Positions 54,980-64,000 of a stretch of DNA of 64,000 bases are shown here, piece after piece. The notes beneath the pieces are model-generated. The model did not search any database, was not told the origin of the DNA, and worked only from the letters and a program-made list of their open reading frames with translations. Numbering within the stretch: the stretch's first letter is position 1; each line of letters begins with the position of its first letter. The stretch is from Amoebidium appalachense (lineage: Eukaryota > Protista > Ichthyosporea), in contig CAVNZM010000008.1 of the NCBI GenBank assembly GCA_963693365.1, positions 9,118,818 to 9,182,817 of the forward strand. Reading direction: 5' to 3'. A program made the translations under genes and the position numbers.

Positions 54980-55380
54980 GTGGAGTGGGGGTTCCACTCT
55001 CTTTGTACCGTGTGGGCATGTTTCATCCACTACGTGTACACCATTGAAAATTCAGAGTGGGTTTGCACTCTTTTGTACCGTGTGGGCATGTTTTTCCCAT
55101 CACGTGTACACCATTGAATCAGGTTTTCTGAGTGGAGACTCCACTGTTTTGTACCGTGTGGGCATGTTTTTCCCATCACGTGTACACCAGTTTGTACCGT
55201 GTGGGTATGTCTTCCCATCACGCGTACACTACTTTGTACCGTGTGGGTATGTCTTCCCATCACGCGTACGCCATTTTGTACCGTGTGAGTATATCTTCCC
55301 ATCACACGTACACCATTGAATCAAGGTTTGTGAGTGGGGATTCCACTCTGTTTGTACCGTGTCCACCGTGAACGTGTACA
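54980..55380. repeat. Minisatellite of ~42-bp palindromic units with an optional ~30-bp second hairpin module
   Basis: tttgtaccgtgtggg.atgt.ttcccatcacg.gtacac occurs 6 times plus one partial; gagtgg..ccact modules separate some units. Confidence 0.88.
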
Positions 55381-56344
55381 AATCATATTCACGAGATATA
55401 GGAGAAAGAGAAGAATGTCAACCATTTCTCTTCCGGGCATTTTCCCTTGCCTCTAATTTTTTTCTTCCGTTTATTATTCCCTCCTCCCCCCTCCCCCCTC
55501 CCTCCCTCCTTGCCCCCTCCCCCCCCCCCCCCCCCTCCCCTTTCTCTTCTTCTATTCTGCTTTTTTTTCATCATTGCCTCTTCCGTATCGCGTTCTTTTC
55601 TGTCCCTTTCCTTCCCTCTCTCCTTTTCCTGTTTCTTTCTTTTTCCTTCTCGTTGTCAGTTTAAAAAGTTATTAAAATAATTATGTATCAAGCTCAAAAT
55701 TCCCTGCTCCTCTCATCTTCTATTTTTTCTTTCTTGCCTACCCCCTTCTTCACCCTTGAACTAAACGCCATTCCCACTTGTCCTCCCCTGTGTTTTTTTC
55801 GATTTTATTGTTCCCCAGTCCTTTTTTCCCTCGTTTCCCTTTTCCCATCTGTTTCCCTTACCTGTCCCCTTCCCTTCCGTGTTTCTTACCTTTTCTGTTT
55901 TTTTTCCTGTCCTTTCCTGTCTTTTTTTCTTTCCCGTTTTTTGGAAGGAAGTTTAAGGAGGATATCCGTAAAGCTCATAGATATCCGTAAAGCTCATAAA
56001 CGGGAAACGAAAAACGAAGGGGAGGGGGGGGGGGGGGGGGGGAAGGGGTTTCAGAAAATTTGCGCATATCTTGCCTGCCCCTCCCCCCCTCCTTTCCCTC
56101 CCTCTGGTTTCAAAATCAACAATTCCTTACCCATTCCCCTTCCCTTACAGTGTTTCTTTTCTGCTTTTTCCTTGCCCTTACTTTTCTTTCCCCCTTTTTT
56201 GGCAAAAAACATCGAAGCAAGTAAGAAAGTAGAAAGCCATGAACAAACTAAAAAGAAGTTGTTTATGCATAGAGCTCAGAAGCAAGAAACTCCCGAAGCA
56301 AATTAAGTAAAGACCAAAAGGCGAAAGAAAAATGTAAAATATAC

Positions 56345-56905
56345 CTGATACTGTCTATTCTCTTCCACGTGCGATTCCCTGTAATGTTGTAGCTCTTCTC
56401 TGTGTGTGTCTCTGTATTTCCGCGCATCTTCCCTATGCGCTTCCCTGTGCGTATTCCTGTAGTTCCGCGCATCTTCTCTATGTGTTTCCTTATACTCTCG
56501 TGCTTCTTCCCTGTGCGTATCCGTGTACTCTCGTGCTTCTTCCTTGTGTGTGTCCCTGTACTTTTGTGCTTCTACCGTGTGCGTGTCTCTGTACTCTTTT
56601 TCTTTGCTTCTGTGCGTGTTTTTGAAATGTTCATTATATTCGTGCTGTTTGGCACATATATCTTCTTTGTGTGCAGCATATTGTGCTCGATGTTTTTCAC
56701 TACCAACATGTAAACGGCAAAAAGCTCCGGTTAAATAAGTTTCTTTTATACATCTATCCCCTGCATGGTAAAGGTGCCCATGTTCGTCTCTATAGCTACG
56801 TCGATAAACGAACGCGCACTGAGACCTAAATTTACTAGTCGTATCCATTATTTTCATGAATGAAGAAAATCTCCCTGAAACCTCCTTCAGTGAATTGTTC
56901 GGCAA
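56345..56905 (-). CDS. Orphan exon/ORF with C-C-C-H zinc-finger-like motif and 11-aa YRDTHREEARE repeats
   Basis: QC-x22-C-x10-C-x2-H followed by ~9 charged 11-aa repeats; ends at a CAG|GTATAT donor at 56345. Downstream exons not found. Confidence 0.55.
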
Positions 56906-56929
56906 AATGACATGTGTCTAGTTGACTAG

Positions 56930-58597
<1,668 letters not shown>

Positions 58598-58599
58598 GG

Positions 58600-58661
58600 T
58601 AAGAAGCGAGTGATTTGATTCGCTGAAACATAAGAAGCGAGCGCTTTGATTCGCTGAAACA
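58600..58661. repeat. 31-bp direct repeat x2
   Basis: aagaagcgag.g.tttgattcgctgaaacat occurs twice. Confidence 0.85.
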
Positions 58662-58776
58662 TGTTCCAGCCAATCAGACTCAGATTGGGTCGCCGCGTTC
58701 TCCGATTGCTATGGATACTGGCACCCGATTGGCTGTACACTCTTTTTTGTTCTCACGTGAGACCCGCTCTCCCCTT

Positions 58777-58866
58777 CCCCCAAACCCCTATCCCCAATAA
58801 GCCCAATCTCCCTGACAGGAAACCTGTCACTGAAGGAGATTGGGAATAAGGGGATTTTAGGGGGAT
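58777..58866. repeat. Long imperfect inverted repeat
   Basis: ccccta/tagggg, tcccc/gggga, cccaatctcc/ggagattggg and tgacagg/cctgtca around an aaa loop. Confidence 0.8.
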
Positions 58867-59202
58867 TTTAAAGTGCAATGAATTCGGGTCCGGTCGTCAA
58901 AAATAGTGACGATATCAAGAGATGAACATATGGGGGTGTGATGATACCGCGGAAGCACTGTACTAATTGCAGTCAATCGATGCGGTAGGCTGCGGTTTGA
59001 GTCTGTGCGCTTCCGGCACAGGCCACCGTTTAAAACAATGTTTTAGTATATTGCAGTCCGGCAGGGTGCGATTTGTAGAGCCTGAGAGAGCCGCCCTAAC
59101 TGTAGTATCTGAAAGGGTAGAAATAAGTAGAGAGAGTCTCAGAGAGAGAAAGAAAGAGAAAAAGAGAGAAAGAGAGAGAGAGAGAATTAGAAAGAGAGAA
59201 TT

Positions 59203-59322
<120 letters not shown>

Positions 59323-59337
59323 AGGGGGGAGGGGGAG

Positions 59338-59415
<78 letters not shown>

Positions 59416-59428
59416 GGGGGGAGGGGGG

Positions 59429-59496
<68 letters not shown>

Positions 59497-59526
59497 CAGA
59501 GAGAGTGACAGAGAGAGAGTGTGTGT

Positions 59527-59642
<116 letters not shown>

Positions 59643-59658
59643 TGTGTGTGTGTGTGAC

Positions 59659-59703
<45 letters not shown>

Positions 59704-59755
59704 CAGAAAGAGCGGGAGGGAGGGGGAAGGGCGGAGGGGGAGGGGGGAGATAGAA

Positions 59756-59834
<79 letters not shown>

Positions 59835-59920
59835 ATGCACACATGCACCTCCTCCCTCTCACATGCTGGCACTCAAATCTCTCACACTCAAGCCCTCCAC
59901 CTCCGCTTCTTCATGATTAA

Positions 59921-59952
59921 GGCAAAGCCCGGCAGGGCGTGCCGTTACTAGT
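59921..59952 (+). mobile_element. Helitron-like 3' terminus
   Basis: GC-rich hairpin gccc-ggca-gggc (extendable by ggca/tgcc), 9 nt, then CTAG followed by T. Confidence 0.45.
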
Positions 59953-60192
59953 ATGCAAATCTGTGATTGGCGTGAATGGGGTGATTGGCAAAATTTGTGA
60001 TTGGCGCATAATAGTGTGATGTGCACAAATATACAGGAATTTGTGTTTGTTTAAACACGCAATTTTGTAAAAGAATGCTAAATGTTCTAAAACAGGGGAC
60101 GCTGCGATTCCGGAAATTCGCGATTTCAGAATTCCCGGAGTCGTGGTTGGACTTCACCAGGGCCATGTGGGGGGGCGGGATTTTGTGGGGTC

Positions 60193-60238
<46 letters not shown>

Positions 60239-60254
60239 CCCGCCCGGCCCCCAT

Positions 60255-60633
60255 GCATATGGCTGCGTATTGTAACACAACAGGCAGTTGACGGTTGCAA
60301 CTGTACCCAGTATCTTCTTGATCGCCATTCAAAGGACCTGAGACTTGGCAATTTGCTGTCACGTGCGTTCATCCTATGCCAATTTTGATAAAGTTGGAAG
60401 AGTCCAGTGGGTGTGAAGTACTGGTTCTCCGGGCTGCAAGGTTCGCCGTTCTTGTAAAATTCGAGACCTTCACAGCCATTCTCCTGCCTGACCAAATCCC
60501 GCAAAAACTGCGCCTCGTCACTCCGGCTGATTCCTTTGAGTATTTTCCCTCGGCTGGTTGTGGTATTCATGCTGGAATGCTCCCGGTCCACCGGCAACCA
60601 ATGCCGGAGCCAGCGCACGTGTTCTGACTCCAT
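60255..60633 (-). pseudogene. Possible DNA-transposase N-terminal remnant
   Basis: FL......ENG...LFQLY...LPSLRSF....RYW.QL...C pattern recalls Sola-like transposase N-termini. The ORF runs into poly-G. Judged by eye only. Confidence 0.3.
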
Positions 60634-60848
60634 AAAAGGATATATAAAAAGGGGTTGGGGTTTACGCTGTTTACTCGAGGCAAAGAGAACCAGTCTCAGG
60701 TATGGGGGGGGTTTTGCTCGGAATATCCCCTCAGCGGTATATCATGATCACGTACATAGATGTCGGGTGGTGACTATATATCAGGGTTTACTTTCTCTAC
60801 GAGACACCATAAAGACTACAAGGAGAAATCAATTAGTTGGGGTTCCCC

Positions 60849-60903
<55 letters not shown>

Positions 60904-61488
60904 TTCAGGGATCTGGACAGGAATTTGCGGTACGTCAGCAGTCAGGAATTAGAAATTGTCACGATTCCAGCATATGTACATAGGGGTGAAGACAAAGCAA
61001 ACTCACTTGAAAAAGCAGAAAAGCTGACATCTTTACCGGGTTCAAATTTTATTATTGTACCTGTATATTGTGTTTATTCTGTATGCAATGCACATCTACA
61101 CGTGCTAATAACGACATGGATGTGTGTGAGCTGTGTTCTCCTTTACCTTTGACACTTTTCCACCCAGGTAGATGCCAAGATCACGTTTGGATTTTTGATG
61201 CTGGAAGTCTGACTTCTTTTTCTTTTTCTTCTTACCTTTTACATCGTTCTTGTTTTTGTTTGCTTTTTTCGGTTTCTTTCCTGGTCCTTCTCCTCCGTCT
61301 CCTTCTCCTCCTTCTTCTTCTTTTCCCTTTCTTCTTTTCTTCCCCCAGTGCTCTGACAACAATAAGTTAAAACACACATCCGACAGATGATTATTCATCT
61401 ATTTCACAACAATAAGACCTCCTTATATAGAAGATTTCCACACGGCTGTCTGTATAGAAAAGCCAAGAAAACAGGTTTTTTACATATA

Positions 61489-63834
<2,346 letters not shown>

Positions 63835-63904
63835 GTAGGTGTGGTGGCCGGGGGATTGGGGTGGGTTGTGTGGGTAGGTGTGTGGGTGGGGTTGGGGTGG
63901 GGGT

Positions 63905-63946
<42 letters not shown>

Positions 63947-64000
63947 TGGAGTGTATTGTGGTGGAAACATGGGGGATGGAGTGTATTGTGGTGGAAACAT

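Noticed and set aside
54980-55380. CRISPR-like palindromic repeat array
   Set aside because: Several units have no spacer, the existing spacers resemble one another, there are no cas genes, and the context is eukaryotic.

Overview
Eukaryotic genomic DNA (probably a unicellular eukaryote; the lineage cannot be fixed from this window). Its GT-AG introns are packed with poly-G/poly-C, (CA)n, (GA)n and (TGCG)n tracts, so most of the supplied ORF track is microsatellite noise. Manual exon stitching gives: (1) a frameshifted DIRS-type reverse transcriptase remnant at the left edge; (2) an ~18 kb minus-strand divergent septin gene with a long N-terminal extension; (3) a minus-strand TMEM68/DIESL-like acyltransferase; (4) three paralogous plus-strand 7-TM receptors of the CAR/GCR1/Git3 type, one frameshifted and one cut by the window end. 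It also contains (5) a young 4.0 kb Ngaro/PAT-type tyrosine-recombinase retroelement with complete split direct repeats and intact gag and YR but the RT/RNase H core deleted; (6) a dispersed repeat family with a fixed end abutting poly-C, variable truncation and a conserved RNA fold; and (7) an accessory block (50-61 kb) with orphan ORFs, hairpin arrays, tandem duplications and a Helitron-like 3' end. All calls come from motif recognition by eye; no database search was run.
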